Source of the DNA: Armatimonadota bacterium
GTDB taxonomy: Bacteria; Armatimonadota; UBA10988
Length of the DNA: 53,190 bases
Direction: 5' to 3'
NCBI GenBank assembly: GCA_016235455.1
Contig: JACRKZ010000126.1
Span: 1-53,190, forward strand
Shown here: positions 27,928-36,848 of the stretch, piece by piece
How positions within the stretch are numbered: the first letter of the stretch is position 1
Layout of the letters: each line of letters opens with the position of its first letter
Position numbers and translations under genes: made by a program
The notes under the pieces: generated by a model
Seen by the model: only the letters and a program-made list of their open reading frames with translations
What the model was told of the DNA's origin: nothing
Database searches by the model: none

Positions 27928-30348
27928 ATGACAACGCGACTCGGCCAACTGACCGCCGTGCTGGCCGCCACGATGGCCATCGGGATGGCCGCTGCGCTGC
28001 CGATGGACCAACGCACCGCTGGCCGGCGCGACGACGCGACGGGCATCAGCGCCGCCAACTGGCTGATCGCCCCCGCCGGGCAACTCCTCGATGTCGGCGA
28101 GATGCCGCAGCATGTCCTGCTCAGCCCTGATGGCAAGCGGCTGGCCGTGGCCAACGTAGGGTTCGGCGTGCAGTCGGTGATGCTGATCGACACGGCGACG
28201 CGCAAGATCGTCCAGCGAGCCGAATTCCAGACGCCCAAGGCCATCTTCCGTGGCATGGCCTTCAGCGCCGACGGCACCGCCTTGTATGTGAGTGGCGGGC
28301 CGAGCGACGTGATCCGCGTCGTCAAGGTGCTGCCCGACGGCGGGATCAACGTCACGGTGCCCGAGATTCCCTTGCGCCGCATGGCCTCAGCGCCGCCGGT
28401 GGAGAACCCCGAGACCTTTGCGGGCAAGGTCACCCTACCCGACCCGGCCGGCAAAGGTGTGGTGCTCTATCCGGGCGGCCTGGCCGTGTCGCCCGATGGG
28501 ACACGGCTGTGGGTGACCGAGATCATGGGCGGTGCCCTGGCCATCGTGGATCCCGCGGCTGGGTCTGTGGAGCGACGCATCCCCGTCGGCGGCAACCCCT
28601 ACGAGATCGTCTTCGACGGCGCACGCCAGCAGGCATTTGTGACGCTGTGGGGCGCCGGGAAGGTGGCCGTCATCGACCTGGCCGCCGGTCGCGGCAACAA
28701 ACAGATCGCGGTCGATCTGCATCCGACCGGCATGGCGCTCGACGCCGCCGCGCACCGGCTGTACGTGGCCTGCACCAACAGCGATACCGTGGTGATCCTC
28801 GACACGATGACGCTCGACGTGGTCGGGCGCGTCCGGCTGCAGCCCTACCCGGGCGCGCCGTTGGGCGGCGCGCCAACCGCGTTGGCGCTGGGTGAGCGCG
28901 GCGAGACCCTGTATGTGGCGTGCAGCGGTGAGAACGCCGTGGCCTCGCTGGCGCTCAATGCCGAGCGCACCGGCGGCGAGGTCACCGGCCGCCTGCCAGC
29001 GGGCTGGTACCCGATGGGTCTGGCTCGCGGTGCCGATGGCACGCTGTGGGTGGCCAGCGGGCGCGGGCTCGGCTCCACCCAGAACGGTCTGCCCCGTCGC
29101 CGCTACATCCCTGGCACCATGGCCGGGCTGTTGCAGGCCATTCCGCCGACGTCGGCGCAGCAGTGGCGGGCCGGACTGCGGACGGTGCTGGCCAACAACA
29201 ACCAACTGCTGGGCACCGAGCCCAGGACGCGGCAGGCCACGACCGGCTCGCCCATTCCCAGCCGCGTCGGTGGCGCGTCGCCCATCCGCTACTGTGTCTA
29301 CATCATCAAGGAGAACCGCACCTACGACCAGGTCTTCGGCGACCTGCCCCAAGGTAACGGCGAACCGAAGCTGGTCATGTTCGGGCGCGAGGTGACGCCC
29401 AACCAGCACCGCCTCGCCGAGCAGTACGCGCTGCTCGACAACTTCTACTGCGACGGGACGGTCAGCGTCGACGGCCATCAGTGGGCCAAGGCGGCCAGCG
29501 CCGCGGACGGCACGGAGCGTGGCTGGGGCAGTTCCTACAGTCAGCGCGGCCCCGGCCTGCCGGGTCCGCTGACGCAGCCGGCCACGCCCTGGCTGTGGGA
29601 CCAGGCCACCGCCGCCGGCGTGACCAGCAAGGTCTACCAGGGCGGCATCGACCCCGGCAAGGACCTGACCCGTGTGGCCACGGTGTTGGGCGACCTGGCC
29701 ACCTGGGAGCAGACGGGCGAGATGCCGCGCCTGGTGGTCATGCACCTGCCCAACAATCACACGCTGGGCACGCGCAAAGGCGCCCCGACGCCCAAGGCCA
29801 TGGTCGCCGAGAACGATCTTGCCGTCGGCCGGCTCGTGGAAGGGCTCAGCCACAGCCGATTCTGGCCGCAGATGGCGGTGTTCATCGTGGAAGACGACGC
29901 GCAGGACGGACCGGACCATGTCGACGCGCACCGCAGCCCTTGCCTCGTGATCGGACCCCATGTGCAGCGCGGCAAGGTCGAAAGCACCTTCTACGACCAA
30001 CTCTCGGTGCTGCGCACCATGGAACTGATCCTCGGCATGCAGCCCCTTGGCCAGTTCGACGCCGCGGCGCTGCCGATGTGGACGTTGTTCTCGCCGCAGG
30101 CCAAGCCGGAGCCGTACCAGTGCGTCGTGCCCGCGCAGCCGGTCGACGAGAAGAACGCCGATGGCGCATTTGGTCAGGCGTGGTGCGACGCGCAAGACTT
30201 CGCCGAGGTGGACGAACAGCCCTGGCCCGAGTTCAACCGCATCCTATGGGCCTCGGTCAAGGGCGCCGACGCGCCACTGCCCGAGATTCGCAACACCCGC
30301 ATGGCCATGGCGGTCAAGGTAGCCGGCGAGGATGAGGACGACGACTAA
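27928..30348 (+). CDS. Secreted YncE-like beta-propeller / phosphoesterase (alkaline phosphatase superfamily) fusion
   Basis: Signal peptide and SPDG propeller repeats; YIIKENRTYDQVFGD, DNFY, DGHQW, NDLAVG and EDDAQDGPDHVDAHRS motifs. Confidence 0.88.
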   Translation: MTTRLGQLTAVLAATMAIGMAAALPMDQRTAGRRDDATGISAANWLIAPAGQLLDVGEMPQHVLLSPDGKRLAVANVGFGVQSVMLIDTATRKIVQRAEFQTPKAIFRGMAFSADGTALYVSGGPSDVIRVVKVLPDGGINVTVPEIPLRRMASAPPVENPETFAGKVTLPDPAGKGVVLYPGGLAVSPDGTRLWVTEIMGGALAIVDPAAGSVERRIPVGGNPYEIVFDGARQQAFVTLWGAGKVAVIDLAAGRGNKQIAVDLHPTGMALDAAAHRLYVACTNSDTVVILDTMTLDVVGRVRLQPYPGAPLGGAPTALALGERGETLYVACSGENAVASLALNAERTGGEVTGRLPAGWYPMGLARGADGTLWVASGRGLGSTQNGLPRRRYIPGTMAGLLQAIPPTSAQQWRAGLRTVLANNNQLLGTEPRTRQATTGSPIPSRVGGASPIRYCVYIIKENRTYDQVFGDLPQGNGEPKLVMFGREVTPNQHRLAEQYALLDNFYCDGTVSVDGHQWAKAASAADGTERGWGSSYSQRGPGLPGPLTQPATPWLWDQATAAGVTSKVYQGGIDPGKDLTRVATVLGDLATWEQTGEMPRLVVMHLPNNHTLGTRKGAPTPKAMVAENDLAVGRLVEGLSHSRFWPQMAVFIVEDDAQDGPDHVDAHRSPCLVIGPHVQRGKVESTFYDQLSVLRTMELILGMQPLGQFDAAALPMWTLFSPQAKPEPYQCVVPAQPVDEKNADGAFGQAWCDAQDFAEVDEQPWPEFNRILWASVKGADAPLPEIRNTRMAMAVKVAGEDEDDD

Positions 30349-30389
30349 GCCAGAGCGGCCTACACTGTAAGCACGAAGAGGAACGGCCG

Positions 30390-31229
30390 TTGTTAGTATG
30401 GCTTGGGGCGTTGGCGGGCATCGCCGCAGTGGGACTGCTCGCCTACGGCGCGCTGGTTGAGGCGTGGCGCTTTGACCTCAACCGCGTTGAGGTGCGGCCC
30501 GTCGGCTGGCCGGCGGCACTCGACGGCCTGACCATCCTCCATCTGTCCGACCTGCACTGCCGCCGTGGTCAGCGCGTCGAACGCCATCTGGCGGGCCTGA
30601 CGGGTCAGGTCGGCCAGCCGGATCTCGTGGCCTACACGGGCGACTTCTGCGAGGGCGCTCGGGCCATCACCTCCTGTGCGGCGGCCCTCGCGCCCTTGCG
30701 CGGCCGGCTCGGCTCGTTTGCCGTCCTGGGCAACAACGACTGCCACGCGGCGGCCCATACGGCGGCGTTGTGCGCCGCGCTGGGCGCTGCTGGCGTCGAG
30801 GTCTTGTGCGATGAGGCGCGCGTGTTCACCCGCGACGGCGCGAGCTTCGCGCTGGGCGGCCTGGCTTGGGTTGCACTGCGCCGGCGCGACACGGCCTATC
30901 GCCTGCCGGTCGAGGAGACTTTCGCCGGCCTGGCCGACATGCCGCGCATTCTGCTGGCGCACTCGCCCGACGCCATGCCCGAGGCGGTGGAGGCGGGGGT
31001 CGACCTGCTGCTGGCCGGGCACACCCACGGCGGGCAGATCTGTCTACCCGGCGGCCGCGCGCTGCACAATAACCTCTACCGGTTCGGCCCGCCGACCTAC
31101 ACGCGCGGCTTGTATCGCGAGGGCCGCACCACGCTGCTGGTCAGCGCTGGCTTGGGCATGACTCGGCCATGCGTGCGGCTCTGGTGCCGGCCCGAGGCCT
31201 TGCTGATCACTCTGCGAAGCGGTAGTTGA
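30390..31229 (+). CDS. Calcineurin-like metallophosphoesterase (YkuE-like)
   Basis: LSDLH, TGD, VLGNND, LAHSPD and AGHTHGGQ motifs. Confidence 0.9.
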   Translation: MLVWLGALAGIAAVGLLAYGALVEAWRFDLNRVEVRPVGWPAALDGLTILHLSDLHCRRGQRVERHLAGLTGQVGQPDLVAYTGDFCEGARAITSCAAALAPLRGRLGSFAVLGNNDCHAAAHTAALCAALGAAGVEVLCDEARVFTRDGASFALGGLAWVALRRRDTAYRLPVEETFAGLADMPRILLAHSPDAMPEAVEAGVDLLLAGHTHGGQICLPGGRALHNNLYRFGPPTYTRGLYREGRTTLLVSAGLGMTRPCVRLWCRPEALLITLRSGS

Positions 31230-33357
31230 ACCGGCCGTTGGGCGCGGCGTCGCCGTCGGTGGTGAAGCTGTCGATGTCGCCGTCGCGCAGCGGATGGTCG
31301 ACCCACTTGAAGTCGAGCCGCACGGGCTTGCCGGCCAGGCCGAGCAGCCGCCGCGGGATGGACACCACCAACTGCCGGCCCGCGGCGCGATAGCCGACCT
31401 GACCCACGGGCGTCCATGACCAGGCCGTGCCGTCGCAGCGCTCCAGCGTCGTCGTCGCGGCGTCCGTCACCTGCCGATTCACGATGAAGTCGTAGCCTTC
31501 CCAACCCGTGGCCCGCTGGCCATCGATGTCGATCAGCAGCCACATCCAGCGCTCGCCGTTGTGCGGAGTGATTGGCTCGCGCGTCTCCACGCGGAAAGTC
31601 ACGTTGTCGGCATCGCGGGCCAGCTTGGCCTCGACGATATCGTTGCGCCCTGACTCGTTCACATAGGCCGGCAGGCGTCCGTAGCCCAGATGATTGCGGT
31701 GCGCCTCGTCGTGGGCGTCGTCGCGGTAGGTGGGCGCCACGGACGCCCAGGCGGCCGGGTCGGCCTGCAGGCTGAGGCTCTTGGGCGCGCTGGGCGCTTC
31801 GGGTGTGGCCACGCCCTTGAAGCGCCGGATCTCGCCCACCAGCTGGTAGTAGAACGCGTCGCGATGGCCGCCGACCATGGGCTCGATATCGCGGCTGTGC
31901 TCGCGGTCGAACTCGTCGACGAACATCACCGGCTCTTTGACGCCGGCGAACTCGGGGAAGCGCCCGGCGATCCACTCGTTCCAGCCGGTGACGAAGACAA
32001 TGCGTGGGTCCTGCTCACGCGCGCGGCGCCATTGCTCGATGCCGTTGAGCCCACGGTCGGAGGCGTCCGGCGCCGGGTCGTTGGCGCCATCGTGCCAGGC
32101 GCGGCCCTTCGAGTTCTTCTCGCTCATCGCACCGAGCCGCCGGTCGACCGCGTTCTGCGCGATACCGACGCCCATCATCTCCTTCTCGCCACGCGAGTTG
32201 CGGTAGACATGCTGCGGGTAGACCTCGAGCCAGCACCACTGGTCGGCGCCCGTCGGGCCCTGAAAGTAGTCGGCCTGGGGCTTGCGCCAGGTGAAGAACG
32301 AGCGCAGCGAATCCTGCCCGTCGCCGCCCTGGACCAGCCGTAGCGTACGGTCGCCGGCGGCCGGCCGGCCATCGGCATAGGCTTCGCCGGCGGGGAACAC
32401 GTCGGTGCCGTGGCTCCACCAGCCGACCTTGCCCGTCGGCTGCGACAGCTCCAGGTAGTAGTCGCCGGCGGGCTCGGCGCGTGGTAGCCGCAGGACCCAC
32501 CAGGCATTGTCGGCCAGCTTCTCGCGGCGCTCGGTGACCAGCACCTCGCCCGTCGGCCCGCCGCGGCGCAGGCTCAGCGTGGCCGCGGAGTTGAGCTCGG
32601 TCCACGTGGGGAACGAGCCGCCGGCTTCGAGCAGCGGCTTGTCGGTGTGGAACGACTGGCCCAGCGTATGGCCCGCCGTCAGCTCGGTGGCGCGGTCCTG
32701 CTGGGTGTTGCCGCTCGTGCCCGCGATGAGGTCCGGGTCGGCGAGGATCAGCGGCTTGCCGTCGAGCCGGTACCACAGGTCTGGGCTGATGCCGGGCTGA
32801 TAGAGGTCGCGCCACAGTTCGGCAACGGCCCGCGCCGGCTGCCAGAACGGCGTCAGGAAGGCGACTTGCGGGGTCTTGCCGCCTTCGGCCCGCACCTGGC
32901 TCCAGGTCTTGAGCAGCGCCAGGTACCACGGCTTGTAGGTGAAGTTGTTGGTGACATCGAACACCACGAAGTCGACGCCGGCGTCGCTGAGCATCTGGGC
33001 GTGCTTGCGCAGGACATACGGGTCGTCGGCGCGATAGTAGCCAAAGAGCGGTTCACCCCAATGGTGCGCGACGTACATCGGTCCCCACAGCGGGCTGTCG
33101 GGCTTGCTCATGGCCTGAGGGTCTTGGGCCAGGATCTTGGCGATGTCCCACGGCCCCTGCTCGGCGTGCTCACCGAGCCACAGGAAGTAGAAGATGCCGA
33201 CCTGTTTGCCCGCCTTGGGCGGCCCGCACTCGGCGGCGGTGGGCAGGGCCCGACCGAGATGGTCGGTGGCCACCACCGTGTCGGCGGGCACGACAGGCTG
33301 TTGGGCGCCGCAGGCCGCTGTCAGCAGGATCACCAACGCAGCCGCGACACAGCGCAT
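31207..33357 (-). CDS. Secreted/lipoprotein putative glycoside hydrolase (GH99/GH71-like TIM barrel)
   Basis: Lipobox-like LTAAC; VGIFYFLW, HHWGEPLFGYY, HAQMLSDAGVDF, DGKPLI, FVTGWNEW and SRDIEP motifs. Confidence 0.6.
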   Translation of the reverse strand: MRCVAAALVILLTAACGAQQPVVPADTVVATDHLGRALPTAAECGPPKAGKQVGIFYFLWLGEHAEQGPWDIAKILAQDPQAMSKPDSPLWGPMYVAHHWGEPLFGYYRADDPYVLRKHAQMLSDAGVDFVVFDVTNNFTYKPWYLALLKTWSQVRAEGGKTPQVAFLTPFWQPARAVAELWRDLYQPGISPDLWYRLDGKPLILADPDLIAGTSGNTQQDRATELTAGHTLGQSFHTDKPLLEAGGSFPTWTELNSAATLSLRRGGPTGEVLVTERREKLADNAWWVLRLPRAEPAGDYYLELSQPTGKVGWWSHGTDVFPAGEAYADGRPAAGDRTLRLVQGGDGQDSLRSFFTWRKPQADYFQGPTGADQWCWLEVYPQHVYRNSRGEKEMMGVGIAQNAVDRRLGAMSEKNSKGRAWHDGANDPAPDASDRGLNGIEQWRRAREQDPRIVFVTGWNEWIAGRFPEFAGVKEPVMFVDEFDREHSRDIEPMVGGHRDAFYYQLVGEIRRFKGVATPEAPSAPKSLSLQADPAAWASVAPTYRDDAHDEAHRNHLGYGRLPAYVNESGRNDIVEAKLARDADNVTFRVETREPITPHNGERWMWLLIDIDGQRATGWEGYDFIVNRQVTDAATTTLERCDGTAWSWTPVGQVGYRAAGRQLVVSIPRRLLGLAGKPVRLDFKWVDHPLRDGDIDSFTTDGDAAPNGRFNYRFAE

Positions 33358-33358
33358 G

Positions 33359-34102
33359 TCAGTCTCCCAGGCAGATCGACACATCGGCGGCGACGACACG
33401 GCGCGCCTCGCCGTCTTCGAGCTGGACCCACAGCGCGCCCTGGTCGTCCAGGTCGGTGGCCTGGCCGTCGAACACCTCGTGGGCCGACTCCACATGGACC
33501 TGGCGGCCCAGCGTGTCGTCGAGTTGGCGCCAGGCGCGCTGCACCACATCGTGGCCACCGCGCACGAGGCCCGTGTAGATCTCCTCGAGCTCGCGGTTCA
33601 GCGCCGCCAGCACGTCGTCCAAGGCAACGGCGTGGCCGGCACCGAGTGAGAGCGATGTCGCCAACGGGAGCAACTCGGGCGGGAAGTCGTCGGCCTGCTG
33701 CGCGACGTTGATGCCCACGCCCACGATGGCGGCATTGCCACCGTTGCCGGCGTGGACCTCGGTCAGGATGCCGCCGACCTTCTTGCCGTCCAGCAACACG
33801 TCGTTGGGCCACTTGAGCCGCACCGGACGGCCGGAGACGGAGCCGGCGGCGCGGGCCGCGGCCACGCCGCTGGCCAGTGTGATCCAGGCACTGTGGGCCA
33901 GATAGGCCGGCGGTCGCAGCACGTAACTGGCCAGCAGCGAGGTGCCCGACGGCGCTTCCCAGCAGCGGCCGCGCCGGCCGCGGCCCGCGGTCTGGTAGCG
34001 TGCGACAACGACGCTGCCTTCGCTCTCGCCACGGCGCGCGTGATCGCGGGCCAGATCGTTGGTGCTGGTCACCTCCGCGTAGCGGATCACCTTACCCCAC
34101 AT
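33359..34102 (-). CDS. birA: Biotin--acetyl-CoA-carboxylase ligase (no HTH)
   Basis: STND, QTAGRGRRGRCW, LKWPND, KKVGGIL and GVGIN motifs. Confidence 0.94.
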   Translation of the reverse strand: MWGKVIRYAEVTSTNDLARDHARRGESEGSVVVARYQTAGRGRRGRCWEAPSGTSLLASYVLRPPAYLAHSAWITLASGVAAARAAGSVSGRPVRLKWPNDVLLDGKKVGGILTEVHAGNGGNAAIVGVGINVAQQADDFPPELLPLATSLSLGAGHAVALDDVLAALNRELEEIYTGLVRGGHDVVQRAWRQLDDTLGRQVHVESAHEVFDGQATDLDDQGALWVQLEDGEARRVVAADVSICLGD

Positions 34103-34664
34103 CGTCGCCTGCCACCTTTCGGCTGAACACCTTCATCAACAGGTGCCCGAGCACCGCGTGGGCGTCCTCGGCATGTTGCATGTCGTCGGTCGGCGCGATG
34201 ACCGCGACATCGCACAGCGGCGCACACCGGCCGCCGCCCATGGCCAGGATGCCGGCCGTGCGCCCGCCTTGCTCGCGCGCCCAGGCCAGCGTCCGCACCA
34301 CGTTCTCGCTGTTGCCGCTGCCCGAGATGCCGATGACCAGATCGCCCGCCTCGAACAGGTTCTCCAACTGCTCGCGGAATACCTCCGCGTAGCTGACATC
34401 ATTGGCATACGCGGTGATGGTCGGCACGTTGTCGGTCAGCGCGATCAGCTTCATGCGCGGCCGGCCGGGATGGGCGCAGTTCTTGTTCAGGTCGCAGGCC
34501 AGGTGCGTGGCCAGCGAAGCGCTGCCGCCGTTGCCACACAGGAAGATGCGTCGGCCCGCGCGCCAGGCGTCCTCGATGAGCGTCACCAGCCCCGCGATAG
34601 CCGCCTCGTCGAACGACGTGATGACCCGCGCCGTCTCCGCCAGATAGTCACTCGCAAAGCTCAT
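34092..34664 (-). CDS. gmhA: SIS-domain phosphoheptose isomerase-like protein
   Basis: CGNGGSAS, TAYAND, ISGSGNSENV and EDAH motifs. Confidence 0.82.
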   Translation of the reverse strand: MSFASDYLAETARVITSFDEAAIAGLVTLIEDAWRAGRRIFLCGNGGSASLATHLACDLNKNCAHPGRPRMKLIALTDNVPTITAYANDVSYAEVFREQLENLFEAGDLVIGISGSGNSENVVRTLAWAREQGGRTAGILAMGGGRCAPLCDVAVIAPTDDMQHAEDAHAVLGHLLMKVFSRKVAGDDVG

Positions 34665-34691
34665 GTGATCCCTCGTGTCGCCTGGTGCGGG

Positions 34692-35531
34692 CTAGTCCAG
34701 CACGTACCGCCAGATGGCTTCGGCCACGCCGTCGTGGTCGTTGTCCGCAACCACGGCATCGGCCACCGCCAGCAGTTCGGGGCAGCTCTGGCCCATGGCC
34801 ACGCCGAGCCCGGCGGCGCTGACCATGGGGATGTCGTTGAGACCATCGCCAATCGCGAGGATAGCCGATGGCTCGATGCCGCGCAACGCCGCATAACGGC
34901 ACAGCGCCCACCACTTGCTCACATCCGGCGCGATGAAGTCGAGGATCCAGCTGCCGTACAGCGGATGCCACAACGGCGACACCGTGGCCCGGCCCGCCAG
35001 CCGCTCGCCCAGAATGCGCGTCTGCGCCTTGACCAGCGCCTCGGCCTCGGGCGAATCGCCGGCCAAGGTGGTCACCATGAGCGGATCATCGTTGATCCAG
35101 GCGGCCACATCGCCCACGCTCTGGAGCATGGCCCCGAAGCGCTGGCGGAAGACCGGCGGCAACTCGTCGACGTCGGGCACGCCGATGACCCGGTCCTCGG
35201 CGTCGAAGACGTAGGCCGGCAGGCCCAGCTCGGCCAGGCAGGCAACGACCTCGCGCGCCACGTCGGCGGGCACCAGGCTGTTCCACAGGGGCGGCTCATC
35301 GAGCCGCGCGAAGGCGGCCGCGCCGTTGTTGAGGATGGCGCCGAGCCGTGGGTCGATCGCCTCGACCACGGGGCGGGTCGTGCGCAGCACGCGGCCGGTG
35401 GCCAGCAGCACCTCGAGCCCGCGGTCGAGCGCGGCCACGATGGCCTCGCGCACGGCGGGCCGCACGGCGTGTTGGCTGTCGGTGACGGTGCCGTCGATGT
35501 CCATGGCCACCATGGCGATGGGTCTGCTCAT
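34692..35531 (-). CDS. Cof-type HAD-IIB hydrolase
   Basis: MDIDGT, LATGR, NGA, VSK and IGDGLNDIPM motifs. Confidence 0.9.
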   Translation of the reverse strand: MSRPIAMVAMDIDGTVTDSQHAVRPAVREAIVAALDRGLEVLLATGRVLRTTRPVVEAIDPRLGAILNNGAAAFARLDEPPLWNSLVPADVAREVVACLAELGLPAYVFDAEDRVIGVPDVDELPPVFRQRFGAMLQSVGDVAAWINDDPLMVTTLAGDSPEAEALVKAQTRILGERLAGRATVSPLWHPLYGSWILDFIAPDVSKWWALCRYAALRGIEPSAILAIGDGLNDIPMVSAAGLGVAMGQSCPELLAVADAVVADNDHDGVAEAIWRYVLD

Positions 35532-35998
35532 GGGCGTTCGATGCTCCAGCGGCGTACGGACAGGCCGCCGTACAGCTCCGCCCACTCGGCGCGCAGCACG
35601 ACCACGCTGTAGTCGGCGCTGGCCAGGCCGTCTTCGCCGTAGTACATCGTCCAGTTGGGCTGCCAGACGGCGGCCTTCACGGCCTCGTCGTCGACCACGC
35701 TGGCGGTGCCGCCCAGTAGCAGGCCGGTCCATTCGCCCGGCAGACAGAAGTAGGCTGAGGCTGCGCCGTGAGCGCGTATCTGGGCGACCTTGGCCGAGGA
35801 GGTGTTGGTGGAGAACCAGACCGTCCAGGGCTCCTGGCCAGCCAGCCAGTGTTGCAGGTTAGCGAACGAGCGAGGGCTGTGCAGGTTGAGCATGGCTCGC
35901 GTGCGCGGCACGCCGTCGGGTCCGACGGTGCTGAGCATGACCGCCTCCGCGCGCGCCATGAGCACTCGGGCCTGGGCCTCCGCATCGTCGTTGTGCAT
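35528..35998 (-). CDS. Pyridoxamine 5'-phosphate oxidase-like (general stress protein 26-like) protein
   Basis: LSTV...GVPRTRAM, WFSTNTSSAKVAQI, W-x-x-x-W-x-x-YY and DYSVV motifs. Confidence 0.8.
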   Translation of the reverse strand: MHNDDAEAQARVLMARAEAVMLSTVGPDGVPRTRAMLNLHSPRSFANLQHWLAGQEPWTVWFSTNTSSAKVAQIRAHGAASAYFCLPGEWTGLLLGGTASVVDDEAVKAAVWQPNWTMYYGEDGLASADYSVVVLRAEWAELYGGLSVRRWSIERP

Positions 35999-36020
35999 GG
36001 TACGTCTCCGACCGGACATC

Positions 36021-36845
36021 CTAGGCCGAGAGGATGAACCGCTCAATGGCCTCGGCCACGCCGTCGTGGTCGTTGTCGGCCACCACCACGTCGGCCGCGT
36101 CGAGCACCGCGGCGCAGGCGTTGCCCATAGCCACGCCCAGTCCGGCCTCGGCCACCATCTCCACGTCGTTGTCGCCATCACCGATGGCCATGGTCTGGTC
36201 CAGGCCGATGCCGCGCCGCGCAGCCCACTCGGCCAGGGCGGCGGCCTTGTTGCAGCGCGCGTTGACCACGGTGAGCACCCACATGTCGCCCGACTGGTAG
36301 TAGGCGGGTACAACCGCTGCCTGACCGTCGAGATGTCCGCGCAGGGCCGCCGCGGTGGCCTTGATGCCGGTCTCGTCACCGGCGGCAACCACGACCAGCG
36401 TGGGATGATCGAGCCAGGCCAGCAGGTCGCAGCGGTGGTGCGCTTCGGGCCGCTCCGAGATGAAGCGCGGCATGAGTGTCTCGCCCGGCCCCATGGCGAT
36501 GCGGTCCGCCAACAGCGGGTCCTCGTAGACGAACGGCTGGTAGCCGGCGGCGAGCAGGTGCTCGGCGGCGAATCGGCCAGCCTCGACGCTGAGCATGTGC
36601 CGCGAGAACGGCGGCTCGTCAAGCCCTTCGGCCAGCACCGCGCCGTTGACCAGGATCAAGCCCAGGTCGTGGCCCAGATCGTCACACAGCAGCTTGGCCC
36701 CGTCGTAGCTGCGGCCCGTGGCCAGCAGCACGTCGACACCCCGGGCCTTGGCCGCGGCCACCGCCTCGCGGACGCGCGGGTTCACGTGGTCACGGCCATT
36801 GACGAACGTGCCATCGGCATCGATGGCCACCATGCGGTACGACAT
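36021..36845 (-). CDS. Cof-type HAD-IIB hydrolase
   Basis: IDADGT, LATGR, NGA, NKA, IGDGDNDVEM and AMGNA motifs. Confidence 0.9.
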   Translation of the reverse strand: MSYRMVAIDADGTFVNGRDHVNPRVREAVAAAKARGVDVLLATGRSYDGAKLLCDDLGHDLGLILVNGAVLAEGLDEPPFSRHMLSVEAGRFAAEHLLAAGYQPFVYEDPLLADRIAMGPGETLMPRFISERPEAHHRCDLLAWLDHPTLVVVAAGDETGIKATAAALRGHLDGQAAVVPAYYQSGDMWVLTVVNARCNKAAALAEWAARRGIGLDQTMAIGDGDNDVEMVAEAGLGVAMGNACAAVLDAADVVVADNDHDGVAEAIERFILSA

Positions 36846-36848
36846 GAG

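Noticed and set aside
30390-31229. Metallophosphoesterase as the missing SbcD
   Set aside because: The N-terminal TM, HSPD and GHTHGGQ motifs identify a YkuE-type enzyme, not SbcD.
33241-33248. E. coli-type KOPS octamers GGGCAGGG (also 42724) as support for dif
   Set aside because: They point away from the candidate site under the E. coli rule, are too few, and the motif is lineage-specific, so they are uninformative.
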